Positions 51,484 through 62,427 are shown, numbered from the stretch's first letter. The stretch is DNA of 64,000 nucleotides from Candidatus Obscuribacterales bacterium (GCA_965228855.1 CBDDIJ010000003.1:256001-320000); one strand, 5' to 3'. A program made the numbers and translations. Notes: generated from the sequence alone by a model not told the origin.

Positions 51484-54400
51484 CTATTTTCGTAGGCCTT
51501 CGCCTTGTTGTTGCATGCGGCGGAGTTCGTTGTAGTCGATGGTCGATGGTTTGCGGTCGCTGAGACCTTTCATCCAAGGATCGACTGGTTTCGGAATGTC
51601 ACGCGGGCTGCCTGCGTTCTTGCCATCGCCGTTCGGAACGACGACTTTGTCGGCAGGGAGATCGACCGGACGACCTTTGGTGTCTCGATTTGGATCTTGC
51701 GCCTCGACAGGAGCGATGCCACCACCTGTAGCATCAGCCGCGACTGGCGTTGCGCCGGCTTGTTTGCGTCCTTCGTTGATTAGCGATTGTACTTGAGAGC
51801 CCGGAACATAGGTCGAGAACATATCTCTTCCCAGAGCCATTCCGCCGTAGCCGTAGATAAAGCGGTCCCGTCCGGACCAATCGCGTACTCCCGAGATTGC
51901 GCTGCTCAAACTCTTTCCAGTGTGGCGGGCAGCAAGCGATGGATTGAGAGCCAGTTGAGAAATGGACGGTTTTGCATTGATCGGTGCGATGTGCGGGTCA
52001 CCTTTGGTGTGGAATTGCAGTTCCAGGTAATCTGACACACGGTTCACTTCGGCGTTGACTTGTTCTGCTGTCATGCCTTTGTCCATGAGCCGCAGAGCTG
52101 TAGGCATGGCTGAATTCTGCAGCTGAATCATGGTGTAGTCTTGTGTGTTGAATGAAATGGACTCCAGTGGTTTCTTGTTCACGATCACATCGACCATGAG
52201 GCTGGACAACTGATCCATCTTCTTCATCTCAGTGGGCAAATGCGGCAGGATGTCCGCGAAGGTCTTGCCTTTGAGCGCGTCCAGAGGCGTGTTCAGCTGG
52301 GCACTTACGAGGTGAGGAATAACCGCGTCGAGTTCCGCCCGCGAGATTGTAATCTTCTGACCGGGGTTGTCGATACTCGCCCAGACGTAGTCTTTTTCGC
52401 CACGTGATCCGACTTCGGCATAAGCGTCAAGCTGTTTGGCGTATTCCATGATGAGCGGATCGCCTTCGCCGCGCTGGCGTAAAACTTCGGCTATCAGCTT
52501 CGGTCTGAAGGTGTCGATGGAGTGAACCTCGATTCCCATCGGGTTTTCGGCGCTAGCCATTTCTTTACCGAAAACGTTTCTCGTCTCTAGCTTGCCATCT
52601 TGACGCAGAGCCTGGAGCAAGACACCGAGGGTGGTGCCGCCGTTGGGTCCGGTATAGGCAGCGCCGCCGATATCTGCCGTGTTCTCGTTGGCTTGCGCTT
52701 TGAGGATACCGATGACCAGGTCGAGTTTCGACATTTTGCCATGACCTGGCACATCGACCATCTCGCCGGACTTGTCTCCGAGCGCTTTGCGAACGGTTCC
52801 TTCGATGACTTGCTCCCGGATTGAATCGGGGAAACGCATGATGCCACCATACTGGTTGTGATTGTTTTCGTGACCGTTGATGCCGGCACGCAGCATCCGC
52901 AGGTTTTGCATGTTGCGCGGCCATTGCACGAGGTCGACGTCCCAGACGCCCTGGATTTCCGGAATCGTGTGCGGACCTGCTCCGTTGTCGCGCGCGACCA
53001 GATTGAGCGGCGGGTTTTTGGCAGACAACACTTCGTCTGCCGGAATATTTTTCTGGTTCATTCTTGTCTTGGAACCGGTGTAGAGTTCCAAACTGAACAA
53101 GTTCATGCTGTGAACATTCGCGCCTGTAGGACCGAGATCCGCAGACATCTGTCCAATAGCTGCATCTCTTCCGCGGAAAAACAGCGGCGCTACTTGTTGA
53201 AGTTTTTGCGTATCGCCACCGACTTCGTTGGCAAGTCCGACCATCTGGGTGAGCCATTCTCGGTAGCCCGGGTCAAGCGCCTTGTGGTTCGGATTGAGCG
53301 CGGCATGAACCGGTCCGACCGATCCTTCAACAAGATCTATGACTTGTTGCTGCTCATCGGTGAGCTTGTTCATCTCGTCTTTCGCCATCTTCGCGAGCAA
53401 TTCGATATTTTTCGGATTGACCTCGGCCGCGATGCGCGCTGCCAGTTCCGGTGTGCTTCCGGGAACCGGAGTGTTGTCCGTGGGTTTCGCGGTAGCGTCT
53501 GCCGATTTCGGTTTAGCCGCTGAGGCCTCGCCTTCCGCTTTCACGAATTCCGAAATCTGCTCGGACGTCATCTTCCGCGGATCTTTTCCGGCGAGGAAGA
53601 TGCCGATGGTCTGGTCGAAGCCGATTTCTTTGCCGTCGGTCGTTCTGATTCCATGCTTATGCATGTTGTGGCTGTGAAGGATGCCTTCGTACTCACCATG
53701 CGCCTCCTGGGCCTTCGCCATTTTTTGCTCGAAGGTCAAAGGATTTTCTTTTGCCGAATTCAGTCTGCCGGATAGTTTGTCGGCGAGCGTTTGCGTGCCT
53801 TTGTCGACTGCGTTGCCCAGGCGGTTGATTTGCCTGCCGAAGAAATATTTATCGCTGCCGAGATAATCACCCTTGGCGGTTTCGAAAGCGTTGAACTTTT
53901 GTTCGCCCAGTATGCCCTTCATGCCCTTCTCGCCGAGGCGCTCGCCGTGCATGGCGATCTTCATGCCCCAGTATGAATCCCAGGCAAACATGCCGAGTCC
54001 GTCGCCCATCTTTTGAGCGGCGGCGTTGACCTGTGCGTGGTCTTTAGCGTCCCATGCTTCGGAAAAACCTTTTGCGACCGGAACTGCTGCATCGCGAACC
54101 ATAAAGTAGGTGAACGCTGTTGCCGCGGCGGCTCTTGCCGCGCCTGCTTTCGGCAGTGCGATTCTCATGGCCACACCGAGTGCAAGAGCGGTGCTGCCTT
54201 TTTCGATCGCTTGCACCGGATGCGTAATGTCATGCAGAGCTGTGTTGACTACACCGGGAACCGCATATCCTGCGCCTTCGACGGTGAGGAGTCCGAGGCG
54301 GGCTAAGCGGTTGTTTTCAACAATGTGATCTAGAGCGGTTGTTTTCGGGTCTACTGGGGCGACATTGCCATCGAGCCCGTTGGCTCGCAAAATGTTTTGA

Positions 54401-54552
54401 ACGCGGTCGCCTTCCGGGCGAACATTCAGCAGCAGATCATTTGCTTGCGCCTGCAGGGCGTTGGGCTGCGCGTCCTTCGCGTCGTTGCCGCCCATCAATA
54501 CTTCCTGCGATCGACTCTTGCTCGTGGTTGCCGTGTCTCCAGTGTCACCCAT
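51484..54552 (-). CDS. Large hypothetical protein with a gluzincin (M13-like) metallopeptidase motif set
   Basis: 1022-aa ORF with AAGGAG RBS; contains GINGHENNH, ENTADIGG and HSIDTFR. Confidence 0.7.
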   Translation of the reverse strand: MGDTGDTATTSKSRSQEVLMGGNDAKDAQPNALQAQANDLLLNVRPEGDRVQNILRANGLDGNVAPVDPKTTALDHIVENNRLARLGLLTVEGAGYAVPGVVNTALHDITHPVQAIEKGSTALALGVAMRIALPKAGAARAAAATAFTYFMVRDAAVPVAKGFSEAWDAKDHAQVNAAAQKMGDGLGMFAWDSYWGMKIAMHGERLGEKGMKGILGEQKFNAFETAKGDYLGSDKYFFGRQINRLGNAVDKGTQTLADKLSGRLNSAKENPLTFEQKMAKAQEAHGEYEGILHSHNMHKHGIRTTDGKEIGFDQTIGIFLAGKDPRKMTSEQISEFVKAEGEASAAKPKSADATAKPTDNTPVPGSTPELAARIAAEVNPKNIELLAKMAKDEMNKLTDEQQQVIDLVEGSVGPVHAALNPNHKALDPGYREWLTQMVGLANEVGGDTQKLQQVAPLFFRGRDAAIGQMSADLGPTGANVHSMNLFSLELYTGSKTRMNQKNIPADEVLSAKNPPLNLVARDNGAGPHTIPEIQGVWDVDLVQWPRNMQNLRMLRAGINGHENNHNQYGGIMRFPDSIREQVIEGTVRKALGDKSGEMVDVPGHGKMSKLDLVIGILKAQANENTADIGGAAYTGPNGGTTLGVLLQALRQDGKLETRNVFGKEMASAENPMGIEVHSIDTFRPKLIAEVLRQRGEGDPLIMEYAKQLDAYAEVGSRGEKDYVWASIDNPGQKITISRAELDAVIPHLVSAQLNTPLDALKGKTFADILPHLPTEMKKMDQLSSLMVDVIVNKKPLESISFNTQDYTMIQLQNSAMPTALRLMDKGMTAEQVNAEVNRVSDYLELQFHTKGDPHIAPINAKPSISQLALNPSLAARHTGKSLSSAISGVRDWSGRDRFIYGYGGMALGRDMFSTYVPGSQVQSLINEGRKQAGATPVAADATGGGIAPVEAQDPNRDTKGRPVDLPADKVVVPNGDGKNAGSPRDIPKPVDPWMKGLSDRKPSTIDYNELRRMQQQGEGLRK

Positions 54553-54965
54553 CTATAAGCACTCCTTGGCGATTCCATAAAAGCATGCGAACACGGACGG
54601 CGCACCCGTCCTGTCTCAGCGGTTCCCCGCCGTTCATACTAATAAGTTAATTGAAGCGCCCCCTGTTGGAAAGGGGGGGAACTACGAATGAAGTCGTAGA
54701 ACCCGCACGAATTAATTAGCGATATGGAAATTCAGCGCTGGATACGATCGCGCCCGATTAATCACGTTGCCCAAAGAAGCTGGCATAATTCTCATTTGTA
54801 ATCTGCCAACCCGGGTCGTTGACAAGGGTTTTGGGATTTCTTCGGGGGTTGCATCGTTTTCCTGTTGAAAACGACTTCTGGAGATTCTGCGGCGACGGGC
54901 TTTTTTCGGCCGGCGAAGGCTGTTCGGGTCGACCGACAAAAGTCTTTCAATACATAGGATTGAGG

Positions 54966-55961
54966 GTGAGTGAATTGACGGAAAAGAAGCTTACGGAAGA
55001 AATGAAGGATCGCCTGCGAGGCGCCATCTGGGGGGCTTGCGTGGGTAGCTCGCTGGGCGGGAGCTGTGTTGGGCTCAACCACAAAGAAATTCTTGCTACG
55101 GCGGGGATTTCGGTGCTTCGGGACTTCGTTCCTGGGCTTTCGAAGAGCCAGATGCCGGACCACAAGCCAGGCGATATCCACGCCGACGCAGAGCTGGGGC
55201 TAGCTCTGGCGGAAACACTCATCGCTTCAGGTGGGAAGCTGCCGCCCGAAAGTCTCAAGGGGCGATACACTCAGCTCCTCGAGTGCAATGATTTTCTGGA
55301 AGGGGGACCTGGTCCACTCTGTCTGGCTGCGCTTCGGCGTATGGCGGACGACAGCCCGCTCGTCGATGACGAACCGGAAAGCACCCATGTAAGCGGTGCC
55401 GCGCGAGCCTTTCCGATTGGCTGCCTGCCGATTGACGACGATGCTCGCAAAGAAATTGCCATGACGCAAGCGGGGATGTCACACAGGCACCATGCGGTTT
55501 CGGCCGCGGCAGCCGTCATAGCCGATATCATTCATCACTTCATCTGCGGTCAGCGACTGGATTCGGTCGATGAAGTGCGTGAATTCGTATCTAAGGAATT
55601 CGCGCTTGCAAAGGGTATCGATGAACGCTTCGCCGACTTCTGGGACGATATCGCCCCTGACCTTGATTACACGAAGCCGGCTGATGACCTTCCGTACTCG
55701 CTTGTTAACGTGCAATCCAGCGTTAACGAATGCGTCCCCACCTCTGTCGGCATTTTTCTTATCTTCCGCCACGATCTGGAAGAGGCTGTTTGCGCAGCGG
55801 CCCGCGTAGGTGGCGACACCGATACTGCTGCGTGCATTGTGGGCGCGCTTTCAGGTGCCTACCATGGCGCCAAGAAGATTCCGGCCCGCTGGATGGAGCA
55901 AATAAAGGAACGCGATCGAATCGAAGCCGTAGTTAACGGTTTGATAGATTTATGGGATTAA
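54966..55961 (+). CDS. ADP-ribosylglycohydrolase family protein (partly degenerate motifs)
   Basis: DRLRGAIWGACVG..LG, SGAARAFPIG and GGDTDT.A.I.GALSGAYHG...IP.RW; probable start GTG 54966. Confidence 0.85.
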   Translation: MSELTEKKLTEEMKDRLRGAIWGACVGSSLGGSCVGLNHKEILATAGISVLRDFVPGLSKSQMPDHKPGDIHADAELGLALAETLIASGGKLPPESLKGRYTQLLECNDFLEGGPGPLCLAALRRMADDSPLVDDEPESTHVSGAARAFPIGCLPIDDDARKEIAMTQAGMSHRHHAVSAAAAVIADIIHHFICGQRLDSVDEVREFVSKEFALAKGIDERFADFWDDIAPDLDYTKPADDLPYSLVNVQSSVNECVPTSVGIFLIFRHDLEEAVCAAARVGGDTDTAACIVGALSGAYHGAKKIPARWMEQIKERDRIEAVVNGLIDLWD

Positions 55962-56146
55962 TTAATCGCAAATCCTGACTACTGGTTTATGATTCCTAGC
56001 TTGATTGGATTCAACGCTTGAATTGGAATGTTCAATGTGACGTTGACGCATTCGATGCGCTGTTGAAACCAACGCAGAACTGGCGGTGTTTACCCACTGG
56101 TTCTCGATTTGTTTTTATCCGTACAAAATTCAAAGGATAGTGAAGT

Positions 56147-56923
56147 ATGACCACCAACACGATGCCGGTTCGCGAAGACGAACAGCTCAAACTCAAAGAT
56201 CAGGTTGCCATTATCACTGGTTCCGGAAGAGGTATTGGTCGCTCGATCGCCGAAGCGTTCCTCAGAGCCGGCGCCAAAGTGGTTATTTCCGACATTAACC
56301 AGGACACTTGTAATCAGACCGCCAAAGAACTCAAGGACCAGGGCGGTGAAACGCTTGGAGTCGTTTGCGACGTAACCAAATCCGAAAGCGTGGACGCGCT
56401 TGTTGCGGCCGTGACAAAAGAGTGGGGACGCATCGATATTCTCGTAAACAACGCGGGTATCACGCGCGACAACCTGATTATGCGTATGGGCGACGATGAG
56501 TGGCAAGCTGTCATAGACACCAACCTGACGTCGGCATTTAAAGTAAGTAAGGCTGTTCTCAAGGTGATGTCGAAGCAAAGAAGCGGTCGCATTATCAACA
56601 TCGCATCGACTACCGGTGTTCACGGAAACTTCGGTCAGGTCAACTATGCAGCAGCGAAATCCGGCTTGATTGGTTTAACCAAAACCGTAGCGCTCGAATA
56701 TGCCTCGCGCAATATCACCTGCAACGCGGTCGCTCCTGGTTTTATCGACACGGACATGACCAAAAAATTAAAAGAGGAAATTATTAACGGAATCCTCTCA
56801 AGAGTTCCGCTGGGTCGTATGGGCACACCTGATGACATCGCCAATGCGGTGCTCTTCTTTGCCGGTCCCGGCGCTTATGTTACAGGTCAAGTGCTGGAAG
56901 TCAATGGCGGACTCTATACGTAA
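56147..56923 (+). CDS. fabG: 3-oxoacyl-ACP reductase
   Basis: TGSGRGIG, NNAGITRD, GQVNYAAAK and VAPGFI.TDMT. Confidence 0.96.
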   Translation: MTTNTMPVREDEQLKLKDQVAIITGSGRGIGRSIAEAFLRAGAKVVISDINQDTCNQTAKELKDQGGETLGVVCDVTKSESVDALVAAVTKEWGRIDILVNNAGITRDNLIMRMGDDEWQAVIDTNLTSAFKVSKAVLKVMSKQRSGRIINIASTTGVHGNFGQVNYAAAKSGLIGLTKTVALEYASRNITCNAVAPGFIDTDMTKKLKEEIINGILSRVPLGRMGTPDDIANAVLFFAGPGAYVTGQVLEVNGGLYT

Positions 56924-57060
56924 AGTAGCGTAAGAAAACCAGGGGTCTCTAGAATGATAGTTCTTAGCTGACGTGATATTCTAGTTGCCCTTGGCACGCC
57001 TTAGTAGCCAGCATGATTTAACGTGCCTATTGGTTCGTAATTTTAGGGGGTTTAAAGTAC

Positions 57061-57300
57061 ATGGAAGAGAAGGATGCCTTCGAACGAGTAAAGAAGGTGG
57101 CCGTTGCCCAACTTAACGTCAATGGTGACGAAGTTACAATGGAAGCCAGCTTCACCAAAGACCTCGGCGCAGATTCACTCGACCAGGTTGAATTGGTGAT
57201 GGCTCTGGAAGAAGAATTCGGAATGGAAATTCCGGATGAAGAAGCAGAGAAGATCACGACCGTTGGCGAAGCTGTTAAATACATCTCCGGCCATCTTTAA
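57061..57300 (+). CDS. acpP: Acyl carrier protein
   Basis: [33 protein letters not shown]. Confidence 0.97.
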   Translation: MEEKDAFERVKKVAVAQLNVNGDEVTMEASFTKDLGADSLDQVELVMALEEEFGMEIPDEEAEKITTVGEAVKYISGHL

Positions 57301-57411
57301 TTCGTTAACCAACGAATAAATTCGACTGGCAGATGATTACCTATAGGGGCGCGTTCACCGCGCCTTAAAGGTATCTTTGTTTGCCCTGGAATCAAGGAAT
57401 AGACCTGGTAG

Positions 57412-58665
57412 ATGTCTAAACGTCGCGTTGTTGTAACTGGTATCGGAACAGTCACGTCACTCGGAATTGGCAAAGACCAATTCTGGGATGGGATCGTCAA
57501 CTGTCGCTCCGGTATACGTCCGGTGACTTGCATCGAAGAAAAATATCGATCAGCTTGCCGGATCGCCGGTGAGATAACCGAATTCGATGCAAAAGAGTAC
57601 ATGGATTTCAAAGCGGTGAAACGATCCGATCGGTTCATTCACTTTGCGATCGCTGCTGCAAAACTTGCTGTCGAAGACGCTGCAATCGATCTGTCGAAAG
57701 ACAAGCCTGAGCGCGTCGGTGTTGTAATCGGCAGCGCTGCAGGCGGTTTCGGTTCGATCGAAACTCAGTTCAGAACTCTGACAGAAAAAGGTCCCGATCG
57801 TTGCTCACCATTTACGGTGCCAATGATCATTGTGAATATGGCCGCCGGTTGGGTGTCTATGCTTCACAACGCAAAGGGACCAAACCTGTGTCAAGTGACA
57901 GCCTGTGCGACTTCTACGCATTCAATCGGCGACGCTGCCGGTTTGATTGAGCGTAACGAAGCCGATGTGATGTTCGCCGGAGGAAGTGAAGCGCCTATCG
58001 TTTCGCTCGTGATGGCTGGCTTCGCGTCGGCTAGAACGTTGTCTACGCGTAATGACGAACCAGAGAAAGCGAGCCGACCATTCGACTCGGAGCGCGATGG
58101 ATTCGTTATGGGCGAAGGCGGTGCGGTTTTGATTCTTGAAGAATTGGAACACGCTAAAGCGCGCGGCGCAAATATCTACGCTGAGATCGTCGGCTACGGA
58201 ATGACCGGTGATGCATACGATATCGTCGCGCCTTGCGCTGACGGCGATGGTGCAGGACGTGCCATGAACATGGCTCTGTCGCAGGCTGGTATCAAGCCCG
58301 AGCAAGTTGACTACATCAATGCGCACGGAACCTCGACGCCAGTCGGTGACGTTGCTGAGACCACCGCAATCAAAACAGTATTTGGCGAACACGCCACCTC
58401 GCAAAAACTGCTCGTCAGCTCGACCAAATCGATGACCGGTCACTTGCTCGGCGCCGCAGGCGCTATCGAAGCGGCTGCAACGGTTCTTGCGATCAAACAT
58501 TCAATCGTTCCGGCGACGATCAATTTGACGAATCCGGATCCGAAATGCGATTTGAATTATGTTCCGAATAAACCGCTTGTCGGTCACGATCTGACTTACG
58601 CGATGTCCAACAGCTTTGGCTTTGGTGGACATAACGGTTGCCTGCTGTTCAAGAAATACGAATAG
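57412..58665 (+). CDS. fabF: Beta-ketoacyl-ACP synthase II
   Basis: RRVVVTG, TACAT, INAHGTST, KSMTGHLLGAAG and SNSFGFGGHN. Confidence 0.97.
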   Translation: MSKRRVVVTGIGTVTSLGIGKDQFWDGIVNCRSGIRPVTCIEEKYRSACRIAGEITEFDAKEYMDFKAVKRSDRFIHFAIAAAKLAVEDAAIDLSKDKPERVGVVIGSAAGGFGSIETQFRTLTEKGPDRCSPFTVPMIIVNMAAGWVSMLHNAKGPNLCQVTACATSTHSIGDAAGLIERNEADVMFAGGSEAPIVSLVMAGFASARTLSTRNDEPEKASRPFDSERDGFVMGEGGAVLILEELEHAKARGANIYAEIVGYGMTGDAYDIVAPCADGDGAGRAMNMALSQAGIKPEQVDYINAHGTSTPVGDVAETTAIKTVFGEHATSQKLLVSSTKSMTGHLLGAAGAIEAAATVLAIKHSIVPATINLTNPDPKCDLNYVPNKPLVGHDLTYAMSNSFGFGGHNGCLLFKKYE

Positions 58666-58670
58666 CGATT

Positions 58671-60212
58671 ATGGCAGATTTTGATTTGATCGGAAAAACA
58701 GCGTCGGAGATTCGAAAGTTAATCGGCGACAAGCAAGTTTCTGCCCGCGAAGTTGCGGTCGGTTACCTGGAGCATACGAAGCGGAATGATAAGGAAACAA
58801 ACGCGTTTCTTTGTCTGACAGAAGAGCTTGCGTTAAAACAAGCCGATGCTGTTGATAAGAAAGTAGCATCCGGAGAAGAGCTCCCAGCCTTCGCCGGAGT
58901 ACCTGTTTGTCTTAAAGACAATATTTGTGTGCCGGGATATCCCACCACTTGCGGAAGCAAAATACTCGAGGGGTTTGTACCTCCGTATCAGGCCACCGCT
59001 GCCGAAAAACTCTTCGAGGCAGGCGCCGTGCTGATCGGCAAAGGCAACCTCGACGAGTTCGCGATGGGATCGTCCAACGAAAACACCGCGTATGCTAAGC
59101 CGCACAATCCCTGGAACTTGAGCAAAGTACCAGGGGGATCATCCGGTGGACCGGCAGTGGCTGTGGCTTCCGGATATTCAGCTGTTGGACTTGGATCGGA
59201 TACCGGTGGCTCGATTAGATTGCCGGCGTCCTTCTGCGGCATCGTCGGAATGAAACCGACGTATGGGCTGGTCTCCCGATACGGGCTTGTGGCCTATGCT
59301 TCCAGCTTGGATCAGATTGGACCGTTTTCGTATTCCGTGGAAGATTGCGCGCTGACGCTTGCCACTCTATTCGGAAAGGACCCGAAGGATTCGACGTCGA
59401 TAGAGGATCCGTTCGGCAGCAAAATGAACCCCAGAAAGTTTCCAACTATGGACCTGGCATTCGCTCAGGGACTGGCGAAACACGATGGTTCTTTAAAGGG
59501 AATCAAAGTCGGAATCTTGAAGGAATTGGTCGGGGAAGGTCTCGAGCCTGAAGTCAGGGCTGCCACCGAAAACGGTATCAATGTTCTGCGGCAACTGGGC
59601 GCTGAAGTTGGCGAAGTCTCAGTCGACCACATCGATATTGCACTGCCTGTTTATTACATTATCGCCACCGCAGAAGCCAGCGCCAACCTCTCTCGCTACG
59701 ATGGTGTCAGATATGGTGTCCGAAATAAAGACGCCAAAGATTTGATGTCAATGTACACGTCGTCCCGACATGATGGTTTCGGCGATGAGGTGAAACGTCG
59801 CATCATGCTTGGAACTTACGCCTTAAGCTCCGGCTATTATGATGCCTATTATAAGAAGGCTCAGCAAGTGCGCCGCCTGCTGAAAGAATCCTTCGATCGA
59901 GCATTTGAAAAGTACGACGTTCTGGTTTGCCCGGTATCGCCAACGGTGGCGTTCGGTATGGGTGAAAAAATTGACGATCCTTTAACTATGTATCTGGGCG
60001 ACATCGCGACGGTTCCTATCAACCTCGCCGGACTGCCTGGAATTTCACTGCCGGCCGGTTTCGGTCGCGACGGTCTGCCGGTTGGATTGCAGTTGATTGG
60101 ACAACAGTTGTCTGATGCACAGTTGCTTACCGTAGCACACGCTTTCGAGAAAGCCACTGACTTCTCATCGAAACGCTCGCCAATAGTTGAAGCCCGTCAC
60201 CAGCGCGTTTAA
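58671..60212 (+). CDS. gatA: Asp/Glu-tRNA amidotransferase subunit A
   Basis: KDNI, DEFAMGSS, PGGSSGG, GSDTGGSIR and EVKRRIMLGTYALSSGYYDAYY; start ATG 58671. Confidence 0.97.
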   Translation: MADFDLIGKTASEIRKLIGDKQVSAREVAVGYLEHTKRNDKETNAFLCLTEELALKQADAVDKKVASGEELPAFAGVPVCLKDNICVPGYPTTCGSKILEGFVPPYQATAAEKLFEAGAVLIGKGNLDEFAMGSSNENTAYAKPHNPWNLSKVPGGSSGGPAVAVASGYSAVGLGSDTGGSIRLPASFCGIVGMKPTYGLVSRYGLVAYASSLDQIGPFSYSVEDCALTLATLFGKDPKDSTSIEDPFGSKMNPRKFPTMDLAFAQGLAKHDGSLKGIKVGILKELVGEGLEPEVRAATENGINVLRQLGAEVGEVSVDHIDIALPVYYIIATAEASANLSRYDGVRYGVRNKDAKDLMSMYTSSRHDGFGDEVKRRIMLGTYALSSGYYDAYYKKAQQVRRLLKESFDRAFEKYDVLVCPVSPTVAFGMGEKIDDPLTMYLGDIATVPINLAGLPGISLPAGFGRDGLPVGLQLIGQQLSDAQLLTVAHAFEKATDFSSKRSPIVEARHQRV

Positions 60213-60238
60213 CTCGCTGCAATCCACACGGTCCTAAA

Positions 60239-60434
60239 CATGCACGTGGCTGGTGCATCCAGATAGGTCGCGAGCATGCACATGGATGGTGCATCCAAGT
60301 CGGTCACGAGCATGCACATGGGTGGTGCATCCAGATAGGTCGCGAGCATGCACATGGATGGTGCATCCAGATAGGTCGCGAGCATGCACATGGATGGTGC
60401 ATCCAGATAGGTCCCGAGCATGCACATGGATGGT
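60239..60434. repeat. 36-bp intergenic tandem repeat (~5.4 copies)
   Basis: Unit GGTGCATCCAGATAGGTCGCGAGCATGCACATGGAT at 60252, 60288, 60324, 60360 and 60396. Confidence 0.95.
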
Positions 60435-60828
60435 AGCCACATCAGTCACAACCATCTTATAGTTGTTCTAGAAATAGTAGATTCGGCAATTAGCTGTTTT
60501 CCAGTCGGAGAAGTCTGAGAATCGTCGTGAAAGCTCTAAAGTGCTTGGTTTGCATTGTTCTCCCTTGCCAGAAAAAATCTACTCCTGGTAGATGGGAGCC
60601 TAAGAGGTCCGGAGCAGAGCCATCGCATTCCCGTTTCCTCGAAGGCTCTTATCAGGTGTGCCGGCGCGACAGCTTTGCGAAACAATGAGAGCTATATAAG
60701 AAATCGCCAAGTTGCAGAGCCGCGTTCAGTCGGGTAGATTGGGTTTTTCTTAGAAATATTGGGCACTTTGGAGCTACTGACATTGTCAATAATCCTCTAG
60801 ACTATGAACCGGCCTACTCAGGAGACGT

Positions 60829-61278
60829 GTGATGCAAAAGGACCGTAAACTTGCACTTACAGCCATGGTTATCGCGGCGCTTGGCGCTGGACTGCCAGCT
60901 TTCGCAGGCAGCAACGATTTCTTCGGTTCTCAGGTGCCCGAATCGTCGCCGGTGAACACACCGAAACAGACCTCCAATCCTTACGCAGACCCGACAGTGC
61001 CGCAGGGCGACTTCACTGCTGACGAAAAGCGCATGCAAAAGAAGTACAAAGCGAGTATCACGCACTGCAAAGGTTTAATCGCTAAAGGCACCAAAATGAT
61101 GGAAGCCGGTCAGCGTGGTAAAAACGACAAAGAATTCAAGAAAGGCAAGGTACTGAAGGAGATTGGTGAAAAGCAGCTTGCTGAACTCGCCGCCAATAAT
61201 CCGCTTGCTGACATACTTGATGACAAAGGCGCCGATAAAAAGAAAACTGCCGACTCTGGATCCGGTTCAACTCAGTAA
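60829..61278 (+). CDS. Hypothetical exported Lys-rich protein
   Basis: AGGAG RBS; signal peptide ending PAFA. Confidence 0.7.
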   Translation: MMQKDRKLALTAMVIAALGAGLPAFAGSNDFFGSQVPESSPVNTPKQTSNPYADPTVPQGDFTADEKRMQKKYKASITHCKGLIAKGTKMMEAGQRGKNDKEFKKGKVLKEIGEKQLAELAANNPLADILDDKGADKKKTADSGSGSTQ

Positions 61279-61390
61279 TCTGGTTGGCCGCGCTACCGAG
61301 ATTTGCATGACTCATCGGTGAAACAAGAGTTTGATTTTTACGACTACGGTTAACGTAGTCGTTTTACTAGGTTTTGAAAGAAGAAAAAGA

Positions 61391-62353
61391 ATGCGACTTG
61401 ATATTACTGACGCAATAGGCAACACACCGCTAGTTAAGCTCAACAAGCTCACCGAGGGCTTGAAAGCGACCGTAGCCGTGAAACTGGAGTCGATGAATCC
61501 GCTTGGCTCTGTCAAAGATCGAATCGGAATTTCGATGGTTCGCGAGGCGGAGAAGGATAAATTGATTCATCCTGGATCGACGCTGCTCGTTGAGCCAACC
61601 TCTGGTAACACCGGCATCGCGTTGGCTTTTGTCGCGTCGGCGCGAGGGTATCGTCTGATTCTTACGATGCCGGAAACCATGTCGCTGGAGCGCAGAAATC
61701 TCTTATCGGCTCTTGGGGCTGAGTTAGTGCTGACCCCTGGAGCGGAAGGCATGAAAGGCGCTCTGGCTAAGGCTGAAGGTCTGGTCTCTGAGAATAGCGA
61801 TGCGTTTATGCTCCAGCAGTTCAACAACAAAGCTAATCCAAAAATCCATCGCGAAACGACGGCAGAGGAGATTTGGAAAGACAGCGAAGGCAAAGTCGAC
61901 ATATTCGTTGCCGGTGTTGGAACTGGTGGTACCATTACTGGTGTCGGTCAGGTTTTGAAACAGAAAAAGCCATCGGTAAAAATCGTCGCCGTCGAGCCGA
62001 AGGATAGTCCGATCATCACGCAGAGTTTGGCTGGGCAACCGCTGAAACCGTCGGGCCACAAGATTCAGGGTATTGGTGCCGGTTTTATTCCGGGCGTGCT
62101 CGACTTGTCGGTTATCGACGAAGTGTTCCTTGTATCAAATGACGAAGCCTTCGAGATGGGGCGCAAACTTCCGCGCGTGGAAGGAATTTTGGCTGGTATC
62201 AGTAGTGGTGCCACGGTTCATGCTGCTCTTGAAATTGCGAAGCGCCCTGAAAACGAAGGGAAGCTAATTGTCACCATCGTCGCCAGCACCGGGGAACGTT
62301 ATCTTTCTACGCCGTTGTTTCAGGGACAGCCCGCTGCTACTGCGAGCGGCTAA
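61391..62353 (+). CDS. cysK: Cysteine synthase A
   Basis: [34 protein letters not shown] and [10 protein letters not shown]; start ATG 61391. Confidence 0.97.
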   Translation: MRLDITDAIGNTPLVKLNKLTEGLKATVAVKLESMNPLGSVKDRIGISMVREAEKDKLIHPGSTLLVEPTSGNTGIALAFVASARGYRLILTMPETMSLERRNLLSALGAELVLTPGAEGMKGALAKAEGLVSENSDAFMLQQFNNKANPKIHRETTAEEIWKDSEGKVDIFVAGVGTGGTITGVGQVLKQKKPSVKIVAVEPKDSPIITQSLAGQPLKPSGHKIQGIGAGFIPGVLDLSVIDEVFLVSNDEAFEMGRKLPRVEGILAGISSGATVHAALEIAKRPENEGKLIVTIVASTGERYLSTPLFQGQPAATASG

Positions 62354-62357
62354 GATA

Positions 62358-62427
62358 TAGCGGCTAGAACTGTAGCGGTAGAACTGTAGCGCTAGAACTG
62401 TAGGGCTAGAACTGTAGCGGCTAGAAC
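62358..62427. repeat. 14-15-bp tandem repeat (TAGAACTGTAGCGGC, ~5 copies)
   Basis: Recurrent TAGAACTGTAG directly after the cysK stop. Confidence 0.9.

Noticed and set aside
60209..60462. CRISPR array or repeat-protein ORFs (MLATYLDAPSMC)n
   Set aside because: Units are head-to-tail without unique spacers, and the ORFs are by-products of a 36-bp repeat.
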